A stretch of 64,000 nt of DNA from Chrysomallon squamiferum (taxonomy: Eukaryota > Animalia > Mollusca). A program made the position numbers and the translations under genes. How positions within the stretch are numbered: position 1 is the stretch's first letter; every line of letters starts with the position of its first letter. The notes under the pieces were generated by a model. The model saw only the letters and a list, made by a program, of their open reading frames with translations. It did not search any database and was not told where the DNA came from. Location of the stretch: positions 31,558,001 to 31,622,000 of the forward strand of contig CM022679.1 in assembly GCA_012295275.1 (NCBI GenBank), given 5' to 3'. Below are positions 20,038 through 39,581 of this stretch, piece after piece.

Positions 20038-20338
20038 TTAACAAATATGATGCTTCATTGCATTCCAATGTATATACATTGTGTTTGTAATTACAAAGTG
20101 CAGACCAGTTTGATTCGGGAAAGAAAAAGAAAGTATAAAATTAATTGTTATCACTTTTCTTGGTTTGGAGGACATTCAATTTCGACAAAAGAACAGAAGA
20201 ACAATTAAGTCCACTATAAATGCGATGACGCAAAGTTATTGTTAATGATTTTATGATTTTTTATGTTAATAGAATGATAGAAATAGGTTAAAGAGATTCA
20301 TAATAGACACTTAAGTGTTTTCATCACACAATATTTTA

Positions 20339-20960
20339 TTATCGTGAACTCATCTTGCTTTCTCCCTCTTTTCCTGACACTGAAACGAGAAAAACAGTAA
20401 ATAAATACATAATATCAGCTCTCTGTCGCCAATAATTAAAGAATTTAGAAATTTAAATGAGACATTATTTTTCATCAATATCCATTCATTCTTCAGTCCC
20501 TATCTATCTATGCATACGTAGATGCACATACACACATGGATGACATACCTACATACATAGATAGAAACGTTTATGCATACATCCACATACATATATGCAT
20601 GCATACGATCATACATACATACATACTTACATATATACATATATTCATTCAGTGATATATGCTTAATTTCGTACATAAGTATCCACAAAAATATACATTT
20701 TCTTTCTTGTATTAGTTTAGACGAAAAGTACTACACTTACAACTTCTGAGGTGAGGCGATTCAGTGGTTCTAGGTTCGGCGCCTCTCCTGGAAATACAAA
20801 TTATATTTTTTCTCATTTCGGAGACATGTTTGTTCTATTTTACTTGAGATCACCTCTATACAGCTATTGATAACGAACTGTTCCCATTTTTCTCTCTTCA
20901 TTTTGACATCGTCTTTAAAATACTAAGTTTATCTGAACTGCTGTATAAATATTATTATTG

Positions 20961-20992
<32 letters not shown>

Positions 20993-22946
20993 GATGTTAT
21001 TATTATAATTATTATTATTATTTTTTTTTTTTTCTTATAATGTATTTTGTTATAGTCCGTATTAGATAAACTGTAATATACATTATTGTCTTTTGTTAAA
21101 GTAAAAAAAAAATATATACTGTCTGAAGGATCAATTAGGAAATTTAATGTGAGTATGATTTTGTCGTGGGTTTGTTCACAAACGTGGTTATATCTTCACC
21201 TTTGTAGATATGAATTTAGAAAGTGCTAGACAGTAATGTGAAATGTTTCACTTATTTTTAGAGATTTTAAATCATAAGCTTGGACATTTGTACGGTCTTC
21301 TGAAACTGAATTCTTGTATTTCTAATTGGTGAAATTGCCTCCTGTCAATATTACAAAATATGTTTTTATTCCGAACCGGTGAAAGTCACTGACAGTTATA
21401 TTTAATAGTTTCTAATGCTTATTACGAAAACTAAAACCCAGTATAATATTTCAGCTGATGTAATTTGTCTTACAGTTTAAGAGAATGTAACTTACAAGAC
21501 TGTTCTATACATGTTTTATAAAGATAAATAATCATGGAAACTACGTTTTTCGTTTGTTTAACTTTCATTTTTTTATGCAAGCCTGATGGAAAAAGTAAAA
21601 TAAAAGTAAAGGAAAAAAGTGCTTAATTAGTACAATAGTAAGGATAATAGACTTCACTTAGACAGGGATTGAAAACATTATATATTTACAGCAATATAAG
21701 TGTCAATGGATAAAAATTATCTACTGATAGAATGTGTATTCGTTAGGCAAATGAATTCAGCATTATCAATATTGCGATACACAATGAAGATCATTTGAAC
21801 AGTTTATTTTTAATTAATGCCATAAAGACCATAGGTGCATGAAGTCCTCTTACAATTATTTTTTCGAAGGCAAAATGTATTGGTAGCTATTACTTTAAGA
21901 ATACATCAGTGAGACTTGTACATAACAGTTTCTAATACCTATTAAAAAACTAATACCGAATATAATATTTCCGCTGATGTAATTTGTCTTACTGTTTAAG
22001 AGAATAAAACTCACCAGAAATAATCCCACCTGTTTATAGAAGATAAAAAAAAAAAAAAAAAAAAAAAAAAAACTGTTATAAGAATTGAGTTATTCGGTTA
22101 TTTTGCTTTTATTTTCACCTCTTATCAGATGAGAAAATTTAGAATAAAAGTGAGTCTAATAAGGATAAATATACTTCACAAATACAGAGAAGGAAAAAGT
22201 ATACATTTGCAGCAAAAGAAGTGTGTATGTTTAAAAAGCATAAACTGATAGAGTTTCCGTTTGTTAGAAAAATTAATTCAGCATTATCAACATTGTCATA
22301 TACAATGAAATTTTTTTTAATAATTTATTTTTTAATCAATGTCGTCTGTTTTAAGGCTCTTATGATCATACAGTATGAAATCTCCATTCAAATTTTGTTC
22401 CAAGATCGGGTGCTATCTATTACTTTACGAAGGCATCATTGAGACTTGTTTTTAAAAGTGTCTAGTGTCTATTACAAGACTAAAACCCAATATAATATTT
22501 GTGCTGAAGACATTTGTCTTACAGTTTAAAGAATGAAACTTACCAGGTTCTTTGTGTGTTTGAAATTTTGAACAGAAATAGCCGCTTCTGATCAGTTATC
22601 AAATATTTCAACTAAAAATATATATTTGTATCCATCTAACGGTTAGTCTGCTCAAAATTCACTTCAAAATATTTATATTAAAGCATATATAATTACAACA
22701 GGTCAGATGTGTATTTTCTTCTTCAATTTTGATGTAAGAATTTGTTTCGTACTACTGTAAATACATTTAAAATACTTACTGATAATGATACGTACCATTG
22801 TCTGAAGGGCAAACGTAAATTAAAATAAAAATGAAATTTTCAGCAGAGATAATAATGAAATAATTATCACATTTCTTATTATTACCATTCATCGATATGC
22901 ACATAATATTTATCAGAACCATAAAATTATTATTATTATTATTATT

Positions 22947-22979
<33 letters not shown>

Positions 22980-23819
22980 ATTGAGGATGTTGTTTTGTAT
23001 GATGGCGGTTGCAGTTGTGGTGTAGGTGGTTCGGCTGTACTGTTAGTATCATCATCATCATTATTATTGTTTACCACTCTCTCTCACACACACACTTCTG
23101 TGTGGAGATAAATTGATACACAGAAATAAGCCCTACTTCTGGTTTTGAAAACTGAACACTGATATGAGTACAATTTAGTAAAATAACAACGTGGGTCTAA
23201 GTTGCTGTAGTTGTGGAAAAAAACAAAACAAATAAAGACAGAAAAAGAAAGAGAAACATAAACTGATTCTCAACTCTTAATAATGCTAATTTTTTTTTTA
23301 TTATTGGATTAGAAGGAAACACTATTTCTCAGATTGTGTTTCCTAATTTTAATTTGTATGCCATTAGTTTACTTCATACAGTATGTTTCTTTATACAGGA
23401 CAGAAATATTGTGTGAATGTCATGTAATGATAAATTATACTCACAGTCCGCTGAAATATGTGCAAAAAAGAAATATATATAATAATATAATAAAGTGTTT
23501 TACTCAAGAAGTGAATCGAATCAGTTATTTCTCTATACCATATTAGTGTTAATAAGAGCGAGTATAGGATATGCAAAGACACATTTAAATAGTCTGAATC
23601 TGGAATCCTTCGTCTTCAATTTTCCAACCTCGTCTGATATTTATTGAGTAAGAAGAACAGAAATAAATCTTACAAAATAATATAATTTACATTTGGATTC
23701 ACTCAGTATGAGAGTTAAAATGAATCTTACTTGTTGTGATTCTGAGTGGGTTGTGTCTGGGCAACAACTGATCCCAAAATAAGTAAGACGAGACAGATTT
23801 GCAGTTTCAATACAGACAT
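20339..23819 (-). CDS. Family A copy A3 (inverted); exons 23819-23731, 20787-20741, 20379-20339; 58 aa MSVLKLQICLVLLILGSVVAQTQPTQNHNKRGAEPRTTESPHLRSLSGKEGESKMSSR
   Basis: Canonical GT-AG sites; 89+47+41 nt give an open frame; signal-like N-terminus; KR site formed across the splice junction. Confidence 0.82.
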
Positions 23820-26699
23820 TGCGAGCAAGGTCAACTGTAATATGTAGATTTTTTTTGTTGTTAAAATACGTTTACCTTAAAGTCCTTTATAATATCTACT
23901 ATAGGATGATTATTTATCAAATCCAACGAGTTTTCCTATTAAATGATTGCCAAAATTGTTTCATGAAATTTACTATCACATTCGGCATATTTTAGTAATA
24001 AGCTTCTAGTGGTAAAAATTCTTTCCTTTAAATTCAGGCAGTATTATCGATGTCGGCAAATGTATAGCATTTTAATTGCAAAAATATATAAATTTTATGA
24101 ATTAATGGAAAATAACTATTCAAGTTCAATCTCTGTCTTTGTTTCGTATTAACTTTTAAAATTTAAGAAACGAAAATGTCCGTGTCACTCTCTCTATCAT
24201 GTTTATGAACGTATTTCTCTCATGAAGTTTTTACGTATGTAATAATCTAATATTCTGAAATGTTTTTTTGTGTTTAATTCTAATACTTCTTTCAAGATAA
24301 ATATGAATAATATGAAAAAATAGTTATAATGTGAAAACATCTTACCAAAAACAGTAGTGTTCTTCAACAATCTAGCTGTAAGAATGTCTATGATATCAAC
24401 AGCACAAGCTTGTTTAATATAATCGTGAACGAATGTAATAAAATATTTTGTATCAGATATTTAAATATTATATTACTCTATACTGTGACAGAAAACTATA
24501 AATCAGTAAATAAATGTTAAAATTTCGATACCGTAAAAAGATAATGGACGTATTTTTATATTTATATCTATCAAATGTTTCTGCCCACGAACATTTTGAC
24601 AGCTGCTAGGAGTATTATTTATATGCGTAAACTGAAACAGTTAAACAATCTAAAACATGATCTCTCCATGATGATGCCCGTCTTGTTAAAAAGAGCATCT
24701 ATATATGTATATATATATATGTGTGAGTGTTTGTGCGTGCGGGTGTTTTGTGATGACCTAAATTAATAATAATACTAATAAAAAAAAAAACCCAGCTAGA
24801 AATGATGGAACTCAGAACGTCAAGGGAAGGGGATTATTCAGTAGATGTGAGAAATAGAAACGTATGATGGACAGGTGTAGGGAAAATGCTAATATGGTGT
24901 TTACCATTTGATGATGCCTGTGATTTGTAATGACCTTCAATGGACCCGCATGATGGACAGACATTTTTAATTTAATTTTATTTTATTTTTGAGGAGACGA
25001 GTCATTAAAGTTTATTCACTTATTTAATAAATGGTGATGTTTGGTAATTTCATGTTTTTTTAAATGTTTGATAAAAGTAATGGAATATCTTATAATGTTT
25101 TTTTTTTTTCTTTTGCTTTTCACATTCATTATATATACCGACTGTTGTTCATAACGTAATGCATATAATATTTTTTTAACAGTTATTCCTTAATTACATT
25201 AAAGTTATTATAACTGCTACACCATCATCAGCAACAACTGCTACAGCCACTACTGCAATCGCTACTGCAGCTACTTTTACTACATCTGCAAATGATAATG
25301 ATGATAATAGTTATAATGAAGTTACAACTAAATAACAGTAGCTGTGTTTGTCAAGTAGTCATGTCCATTTTGAAAAAAAAAATTGTTTATTTTCTCGATC
25401 TGGAGCATAGTATAATGAATGAAGATTCAGAATAAATCTTTATTTCTTTTTTGGTTCATTCTGAGTTCCCTCTCTGACTCTCACTCTGACGTTCAGTCTT
25501 TCTGTGTGTCTGTCTTTGTTTCCATCCATCCATCTATCGATCCATTCATCACTACTCTCTTTTCTCTGTATATGTATGTATGTACGTATGTTTGACTGTC
25601 CAACTATTTATCTATCTGTCTGTCTGTCAGTCCAATCTGTCTATTTATCTATTTACCTATGTATCTAAATTGAGGTCTATCTTTCTGTCTCTCTTACTGT
25701 ATGTCTCTCTGCATCACATCTATCTATATCTATCTATCTATCTATCTATCTATCTGCCTGTCTGTCTGTCTATCTATCTATCTATACCTATATATTTGTC
25801 TATCTATCTATCTATCTATCTATCAGCTCACTCTGACACCATGTATCTGATTTGTCAGTCGTTTTGTCAGTCTGACCTCTGTATGTTTGTTACTACGTCT
25901 TTCTTTTGCTCACTCTAGCTTTACCAATTTCAAATTACAAAACTCCGTGAAGTTTATCTAAAGATAATTAGAAATTGTTACATAAACAGAGAACAGGCGA
26001 CAGTGTTTAATTAAATATAAAATATTCCATTGTGTGAAATGTGAATATTTATTCAGTTAGTTTTTAGATAACAACAGCTGGGTTTCCCCTCTCTCTCCAG
26101 TACAGTCATTATACTGACGCGCAAGAGAAAAGCACGTCACAGTATATTGGATTTTTTTAATCCACTGACATGTTCCGACATGACTATTAAGGCTCCGTGT
26201 GCTTTAAAAATTATCTATCTATCTATCTATCTGTATGTGTGTGTGTATATATTTAATGAATGGGTTCACTATGTCTCACAATTAATCTTGTAATGATGTA
26301 TCCACATTGAATCGTTTTTTGCTTTTTGTTTTTTATCTTGTTTTTTTTTTTTTGTGTGTGTTTTTTTTCTTTGTTTCTTTGTTTCTTGTTTTTTTTCGTC
26401 AATATTAAAGGGCGGATGTGATTTGATGTAACAGTTAAAGTAACGCAATCTGAATTCCATCGCTTAGAAATAAAAGGAACGGATCTGATTAAGGTAACAA
26501 ATTTGGTTCCGTGACAATGGGTCCTGTTTATTTAGCACTTTATACATGTTATTGAAACCAGTTTTTTTACGTCACAGAACACAAGATTTAGTGAGTTCTT
26601 ATTTTTGATGATTATTATTAACTCAACGATTTTTGACGAAAAAAACAAGAAACAAAGAAACAAAGAAAAAAAACACACACAAAAAAACAAAACAAGATA

Positions 26700-26780
26700 C
26701 GACGCTCACTTCTCTATTGAAAGAAAGCGACAGTCCAAGAGACTAAAACTTTGACTAACAAACAGACCAATTTCATCACA
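26700..26780 (+). other. Probable 5' UTR exon of gene B (start approximate)
   Basis: Perfect GTAAGT donor at 26781; the next acceptor TTTTCAG ends at 27070, directly before the ATG. Confidence 0.5.
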
Positions 26781-27070
26781 GTAAGTATTTCTTCTTTGCT
26801 TAAATATTTACATGCATAGAAACAAACATAATACACTCATACGTACGAACATACATGCACATATGCATATATACACATACGTACATACACACATACATGC
26901 ACACACACACATATACACATATATACACATACATACATATTCCCATACCCAAACGTATATACTCACATATACACACATATACCTACCTACATATATAAAT
27001 ACGTGCATACATACATGCACATACACAGAAACACACATATATGTAGCTAAGTATTTATTTACATTTTCAG

Positions 27071-28898
<1,828 letters not shown>

Positions 28899-29183
28899 AG
28901 GTGATATGGAGATAAGGTGAGTTTAACGAGAAAGAATAAAATGTAATAGATGTCTCCTGGTTTGATAGGCTTGGATTTTGCCACAGTGTATGATAGAGAT
29001 GTTTTAAAATGTGTTACGGTTCTCAGTGATATAATTAAACTTCACCTCTTCGCAGTGTTAGACTACAGGTTGTGTACTTCCAAATAACTTGCTCGGTCAT
29101 TTATACAGATTTGGAAGAAGCCATTATGTACAGATACGTAGATGTCGAGACATGTACAGATGCATAGATAGATACAACTATAA

Positions 29184-29217
<34 letters not shown>

Positions 29218-30382
29218 CATACATGCATACATGCATACATACATACATACATACATACATACATACATACATACATACATACATACATACACAAACACAG
29301 ATACTTAAGCTGAGAGACCCACGGTTAGGTGCGTATGTGGAAAGACAGAAAAACTGAAAAATAACGAGAGAATTAATATTTAACGTCTTGGTAAAATGTT
29401 ACTTTCAAAATGTGCGTATGCCCGCGCGAGTATGTGTTTATATATTCTATTCGTGGAGTCACAGTAAAACTTATAACACAACAACAAAAACAACAACAGC
29501 AGCGAAATGGGATTTTTAGAAGCATTCAAATTAATCGCTATGTATCATCATAAGAAGATTTAGCTGGAGTGTTCCATTCTGGCCGAAAGTCTTAGCATAT
29601 CATTCCCATAACTTTCTGTTTCACGCTGTCCTCTGTCATATTATCAAGTCAGCAGAAATAAAACCCGTTCACTTAGGAAAAAGAATGAATAGAGTCGGAA
29701 GGAAATTGTTTAATTTTTACACATGACCTTCATTTACACTTACTTAAATTTGATTAAGATTTCATTTCAAAATCTAGCTTCTGTATTACCAGTTTTCTTT
29801 CATTTGTTTGCATGTGCGTTTGTCCACGTGTCTCGCTGACTGAAATGTTTCCAGTGAGTTCATAAAAATACAAAATACGTACAAAATAGGTCAGAGTTTA
29901 TTTATAGGTTATCCTGCAGTTTTTCTTCTCTCTCGCCTTTCTTCCAAGTTGTGAGAAACAAATCACGTCTTTTTTTTATGGAATATTCTTGTCATGATCT
30001 TATGATGAGCCAACATAGCAGGTTCAACCTAAAAAACACATTTACCACAGATCTCAAATCCCAACAGGATGGCCAACGTAATAATGAGTATAATGTCAGA
30101 TGTTTGTTTCAAGTACGTGTGCCCCATACATGAATTCAAATATGTTCTGAAAATCAAATGTCAAACAAACTGATTGAACAAGAAAATAAGTGAAAAGAGA
30201 TAAGGATTTATTTGCCAAACATAACATTAATTAGTTTACAACGATAGTTTGTTGGTGGTGTTTTTATTTTTTAAAATTTGTTTTTAATTTTTTTTTTTAG
30301 TCGATGTTAATATTTTTTCTTCCAGCACTACGACGGCCTATTTCTGAAATATAGGAAAATGTAAAATTAAGCATTCTTAACA

Positions 30383-33531
<3,149 letters not shown>

Positions 33532-33558
<27 letters not shown>

Positions 33559-36500
33559 CTCGTCTTACTTATTTTGGGATCAGTGGTGGCCCAGACACCA
33601 CCCACTCACAATCACAAAAAGTAAGATTCATTTTAACTCTCATACTGAGTGAATCCAAATGTGAATTATCTTATTTTGTAAGATTTATTTCTGTTCTTCT
33701 TACCGAATAAATATCAGACGAGGTTGGAAAATTGAAGACGAAGGATTCCAGATTCAGACTGTTTAAATGTGTCTTTGTAAATCTTATGCTCGCTTTTATT
33801 TACACGAATATGTTATAGAGAAAGATCTAATTCCATTCACTTCTTGAGTGAAACGCTTTATTATATTATTATATGTATTTCTTTTTTGCACATGCTTCAG
33901 TCCACCGTGAGTATAATTTATCATTACATGACATTCACACAATATTTCGGTCCTGTATAAGAAAACATACTGCATCAAGTAAACTAATGGCATACAAATT
34001 AAAATTAGGAAAAACAATCTGAAATAATCTTTCCTTCTAATCCAACAATAAAAAAGAATTAGAATTATTAAGAGTTGAGAATCAGTTTATGTTTCTCTTT
34101 CTTTTTCTGTCTTTATTATTACCACAACTACAGCAACTTCGACCCACGTTGTTATTTTACTAAATAGTACTCATATCAGTGTTCACTTTTCAGAAACAGA
34201 AGTAGGGCTTATTTTTGTGTATCAATTTATCTCCACACAGAAGTGTGTGTGTGAGAGAGAGAGTGGTAAACAATAATAATGATGATGATGATACTAACAG
34301 TACAGCCGAACCACCTACACCACAGCTGCAACCGCCATCATACAAAACAACATCCTCAATAACAACAACAACAACAACAATAAAAAAAAAAAAAAAAATT
34401 ATGATTCTGATGAATATTATATGTATATCGATGAATGGTAATAATAAGAAATGTGATAATTATTTCATTATTATCTCTGCTGAAGATTTTATTTTTATTT
34501 TAATTTACGTGTGCCCTTCAGAGAATGGTACGTATCAATTATCAGTAAGTATTTTAGATGTATTTACATCAAAATTGAAGAAGAAAATACACATCTGACC
34601 TGTTGTAATTTTATATGCTTTAATATAAATATTTTGAAGTGAATTTTTAGTAGACTAACCGTTAGATGGATACAAATATATATTTTCAGTTGAAATATTT
34701 GATAACTGATCAGAAGTGGCTATTTCTGTTCAAAATTTCAAACACACAAAGAACCTGGTAATTTTCATTCTTTAAACTGTAAGACAAATGACTTCAGCAC
34801 AAATATTATATTGGGTTTTAGTCTTGTAATAGACACTAGACACTTTTAAAAATAAGTCTCAGTGAAATTATTAAAAATTACTTCATTGTATATGACAATG
34901 TTGATAATGCTGAATGAATTTTTCTAACAAACGGACACTCAATCAGTTTATGCTTTTTAAACATAAACACTTCTTTTGCTGCAAATGTATACTTTTTCCT
35001 TCTCTGTATTTATGAAGTATATTTATCTTATTAGACTCACTTTTATTTTAAATTTTATCATCTGATAAGACATGAAAATAAAAGCAATATAACCGAAACA
35101 CTCAATTCTTATGACTGTTTTCTTTGTTTGTTTTTTTATCTTTTATTAACAGGTGGGATTATTTCTGGTGAGTTTTATTCTCTTAAACAGTAAGACAAAT
35201 TATATCAGCAGAAATATTATATTCGGTATTAGTTTTTTAATAGGTATTAGAAACTGTTATGTACAAGTCTCACTGATGTATTCATAAAGTAATAGCTACC
35301 AATACATTTTGCCTTCGAAAAAATAATTGTAAGAGGACTTCATGCACTATGGTCTTTATGGCATTAATTAAAAATAAACTGTTCAAATGATCTTCATTGG
35401 GTATGGCAATATTGATAATGCTGAATTCATTTTTCTAACGAATAGACATTCTATCAGTAGATAATTTTTAACCATTCACACTTCTTTTGCTGTAAATTTA
35501 TAATGTTTTCAATCCCTGTCTAAGTGAAGTCTATTATCCTTACTTTTGTACTAATTAAGCACTTTTTTCCTTTAATTTTATTTTACTTTTTCCGTCAGGC
35601 TTGCATAAAAAAATGAAAGTTAAACAAACGAAAAACGTAGTTTCTATGATTATTTATCTTTATAAAACATGTATAGAACAGGCTTGTAAGTTACATTCTC
35701 TTAAACTGTAAGACAAATTACATCAGCAGAAATATTATACTGGGTTTTAGTTTTCGTAATACGCATTAGAAACTATTAAATATAACTGTCACTGAATTGC
35801 ACCGGTTCGGAATAAAATTATATTTTTTAATGCTGACAGGAGGCAATTTCACCATTTAGAAATACAAGAATTCAGTTTCAGAAGACCGTACAAATGTCCA
35901 AGCTTATGATTTAAAAATCTAAAAAAATAAGTGAAACTTTTCACATTACTGTCTAACACTTTCTACATTCATACCACAAAGGTGAAGATAGAATCACGAT
36001 TGTGAACAAATCCAAGACAAAAATCATACAGACATTTTTCTGACTCAGCAGTTGAGATAAACTTTGTATTTTAAAGACGATGTCTAAATGAAGGGGACAA
36101 ATCTGAACACTTCGTTATAAATATCGGTGTAAAGGTCATCTCAAGTAAAATAAAATAAACATGTCTATGAAAAGAGAATAAAATGTAATTTGTATTTTCA
36201 GGATATTCGGCAAGCGATCTGTTACCTCTGATTCGCCTCACATCAGAAGTTGTAAGTGAAGTACTTTTTGTCTAAACTAACAGAAGAAAGAAAATGTATA
36301 TTTTGTGTGGATACTTATGTACGTAACTAAGCATATATCACTGAATGAATATATGTATATATGTCTGTATGTATGTATGTATGTATGCATGTATGTATGT
36401 GGATGTATGCATAAACGTGTGTATCTATGTATGTAGGTATGTCATGTATGTGTGTACGTGTATCTTCGTATGCATAGATAGATAGGGACTGAAGAATGAA

Positions 36501-36645
36501 TTGATATTGATAAAAAATAATGACTGATTGAATTTCTAAATTCTTTAATTATTGGCGACAGAGAGCTGATATTATGTATTTATTAACTATTTTTCTCGTT
36601 TCAGTGTCAGGAAAAGAGGGAGAAAGCAAGATGAGTTCACGATAA
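33532..36645 (+). CDS. Family A copy A4; exons 33532-33620, 36202-36251, 36605-36645; 59 aa MSVLKQQICLVLLILGSVVAQTPPTHNHKKIFGKRSVTSDSPHIRSLSGKEGESKMSSR
   Basis: Canonical splice sites, open frame (89+50+41 nt), signal-like N-terminus, G-K-R amidation/cleavage motif. Confidence 0.85.
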
Positions 36646-36752
36646 TAAAATATTGTATGATGAAAACACTTAAGTGTCTATTATGAATTTCTTTACCCTA
36701 TTTCTATCATTCTATTTAGATAAAATGTCATAAAATCATTAACAATTTAACT

Positions 36753-36838
<86 letters not shown>

Positions 36839-36873
36839 TTTTCTGTAAGCATTATCAGTATTTTATTTTCATA

Positions 36874-37360
36874 AATGTAAAATGTGAAGGAAATGAAACA
36901 TCTGTCGAACAGTGTAGTTTTCCTGGTTTCAGAAATAATTACTGTACTCACAGCGAGGATCTTGGTATTCGCTATCAAGGTTCGCTAAATAAAAACTATG
37001 AAAAATATTGTATTTTTTTATTGTAACAGTATGCAGAATTTGAATGAGACGAAACATTACCAAAAACAGTTAGAAAAATATCAAAGCTTAATTAATAATA
37101 AATATTCATGATGATTAAAACCACCGATTTAGATGGTCTGCAATGTTGTTAATACAATTTTATATTTTACGTTTCAAAATGTACTAAAAATATTAAGGAA
37201 ATATTTTTATTGAGTTTTCTGTCAACTCAGATTCGTAAGCAGTAAGACAATAAATATTAAATTAGAGATACATCTTCTGTCTAAAAATCAACAGACATGT
37301 TTTAATTACATAATTTACAGATCTCCGTTAGAGACAGTCATTTCATTTCATTTCATTATG

Positions 37361-37394
<34 letters not shown>

Positions 37395-38182
37395 GTTCAT
37401 TTTAGAGAAATGCTTCACATCAATACCTTAAAGAGAAAAATAAAATAAAAAAGAATAAAGAAAAGATAAGGCTGTAATTAAGAAAAAGAAAAAAGATGAC
37501 GAAAATAAATCAATTTCAAAATGGCAGAACAAATATATTGAAGTAAAAGACGACAATCCTCTCGATATGAATGTAAAATTTATCGTTCTGAAGGAATAAT
37601 TTTTTAGTCGTAGTAGTAGAAGTAGTAGTAGTAGTAGTATTTTCTAGACAATAAAATCAGCCGTTTTTCGCATTATTTCAGTGTCTGTCAGACTAGCCAA
37701 CGGAGGAGGTATTCCAACACAGAGTCGAGTTGAGATCAATCTTAACGATACATGGGGAACTGTCTGTGGTGACAAATTTGACGACAAAAACTCAGGCTTT
37801 ATCTGTACACTTTTAGAATTCAGTCAGTAAGAGTGTTTTGCCTTAATTAAACTTATTAATTTATCAAATATCTTAACATTTGTATTTTCGCCATACAAAG
37901 TAAATTAAAATTGGAATTTAAGATTGGTGTTTGAAATTGCCCCGTAGTACAACTTGACTAATATTCTACTAACAAAGTTCAGACAACTCAGTTTTATAAA
38001 TCCTAGATTCAACGTAGAGACGTATAAGCATGCTCACTTTGGAGAAGGAACAGGATCAGTATGGACTGATGATGTTAACTGTGTTAAAGATGAATATGGA
38101 GTGAATCACTGTTCTTTCTATGACTGGGTTGAAAAATATTGTAGTCATAAACAGGATTTGGGAATCAGCAATTTGCCACAGA
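36874..38182 (+). pseudogene. Fragment of a multi-domain scavenger receptor cysteine-rich (SRCR) gene; partial exon 36874-36979, exons 37682-37826 and 38007-38182
   Basis: Translations NVKCEGNETSVEQCSFPGFRNNYCTHSEDLGIRY, VRLANGGGIPTQSRVEINLNDTWGTVCGDKFDDKNSGFICTLLEF and AHFGEGTGSVWTDDVNC...C...YCSHKQDLGISN match the SRCR consensus (VRL..G..GRVE..WGTVC; FG.G.G.IW.D.V.C; C.H.ED.GV.C). The last Cys is lost in both domains and the first exon is truncated. Confidence 0.88.
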
Positions 38183-38299
38183 GTATGGTATTTTTGTTTT
38201 TATTTTATGGTTCTTTCATTTTTTAAACTTCTTGGATTATTTTGAAGTTTACTTTAATGAAAAACACAACATCTTTCAGTGAATAATGCCCCGTTATAC

Positions 38300-39080
38300 T
38301 GTTGAATAACGCAACTGTTTTTGATAAGATCTTTTCACATAGTTTATAAACATTTGATCGTTATAGTATCCCGACATTAAAGAAATTTAAAGAACAGAAA
38401 GACGGTATGACAGATGTAGAGATTAAAATATGTCAGTTACCTTACTGCCAGATTTATAATTTTTTTGTCATATCAAAGACTAATATAATATTCAAATGTC
38501 TGTTACAGAATATGTTCCTACATTAGTACAGAGTGTATGACAGATGTACAGATTAGAATATGTCAGTTTTCTTTTTAAGCTGTAACAATTTTAATATGTT
38601 AGACTGATTTATACTTTTCTGTCGTAGTACAGAATAATATAATATTCAAATCTTTGATACAAAATATTTTATTACATTCGTACATGATTTTAAAAAGCTC
38701 GTGTTATCGATATCATAGATATTCTTCCAGGAAGGCTGTTGAATAACACAACTGTTTTTGATATTTTCGCATGATATATATACATTTTATCATTAAAGTA
38801 TCCCGACATTAAAGAAATTTAAAGGACCGAAAGACAGTGTGACAGATATAGATATTAAAATATGTCAGTTATCTTTCTCAGCTGTCATAATTTGAACATT
38901 TACTGACAGATTTGTAATTTTTTGTCGTTGGAAAGACTAATATAATATTCAAATGTCTGTTACAAAATATGTTCCTACATTAGTACTTGATTATTTTAAA
39001 AGGCTCGTGCATTCGATATAGTACACTTTCTTCCTGCTAGTTTGTTGAACAACACTACTGTTTTCGGTAAGATGTTTTCA
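38300..39080 (+). repeat. Tandem ~300 bp upstream unit, present twice before each plus-strand family A start (1420-1960, 18970-19480, 32480-33010) and further amplified here
   Basis: GACAGAT(G/A)TA(C/G)AGATTAAAATATGTCAGTT at about 1426, 1726, 38409, 38539 and 38841. Confidence 0.75.
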
Positions 39081-39581
39081 AATTATAACTATTTTTCCAT
39101 ATTAATATTTATCTTGAAAGAAGTATTAGAATTAAACACTATAAACATTTCATAATATTAGGTTATTACATATGTAAAAACTTCATGAGAGAAATACGTT
39201 CATAATCATGATAGAGACATTTTCGTTTTTTTAATTTTCAAATTCAATGTGAAATAAGGACAGTAATAGAACTTGAATAGTTATTTTCAATTAATTCATC
39301 AAGCTAAAATTTATATATTTTTGCAATTAAAATGCTATACATTTGCCGACATCGATAATACTGTCTGAATTTAAAGGAAAGAAATTTTACCACTAGAAGC
39401 TTATTACTAAAATATGCCGAATGTGATAGTAAATTTTATGAAACAATTTTGGCAAAATTTTAATAGGAAAACACGTTGGATTTGATAAATAATCATCCTA
39501 TAGTAGATATTATAAAGGACTTTAAGGTAAACGTATTTTAACAACAAAAAAATCTACATATTACAGTTGACCTTGCTCGCA

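Noticed and set aside
19996-20208. Chimeric Cys-containing ORF starting with the family A N-terminus
   Set aside because: The hydrophobic core is lost at the inversion junction and the rest is reversed spacer sequence; most likely a chance ORF.
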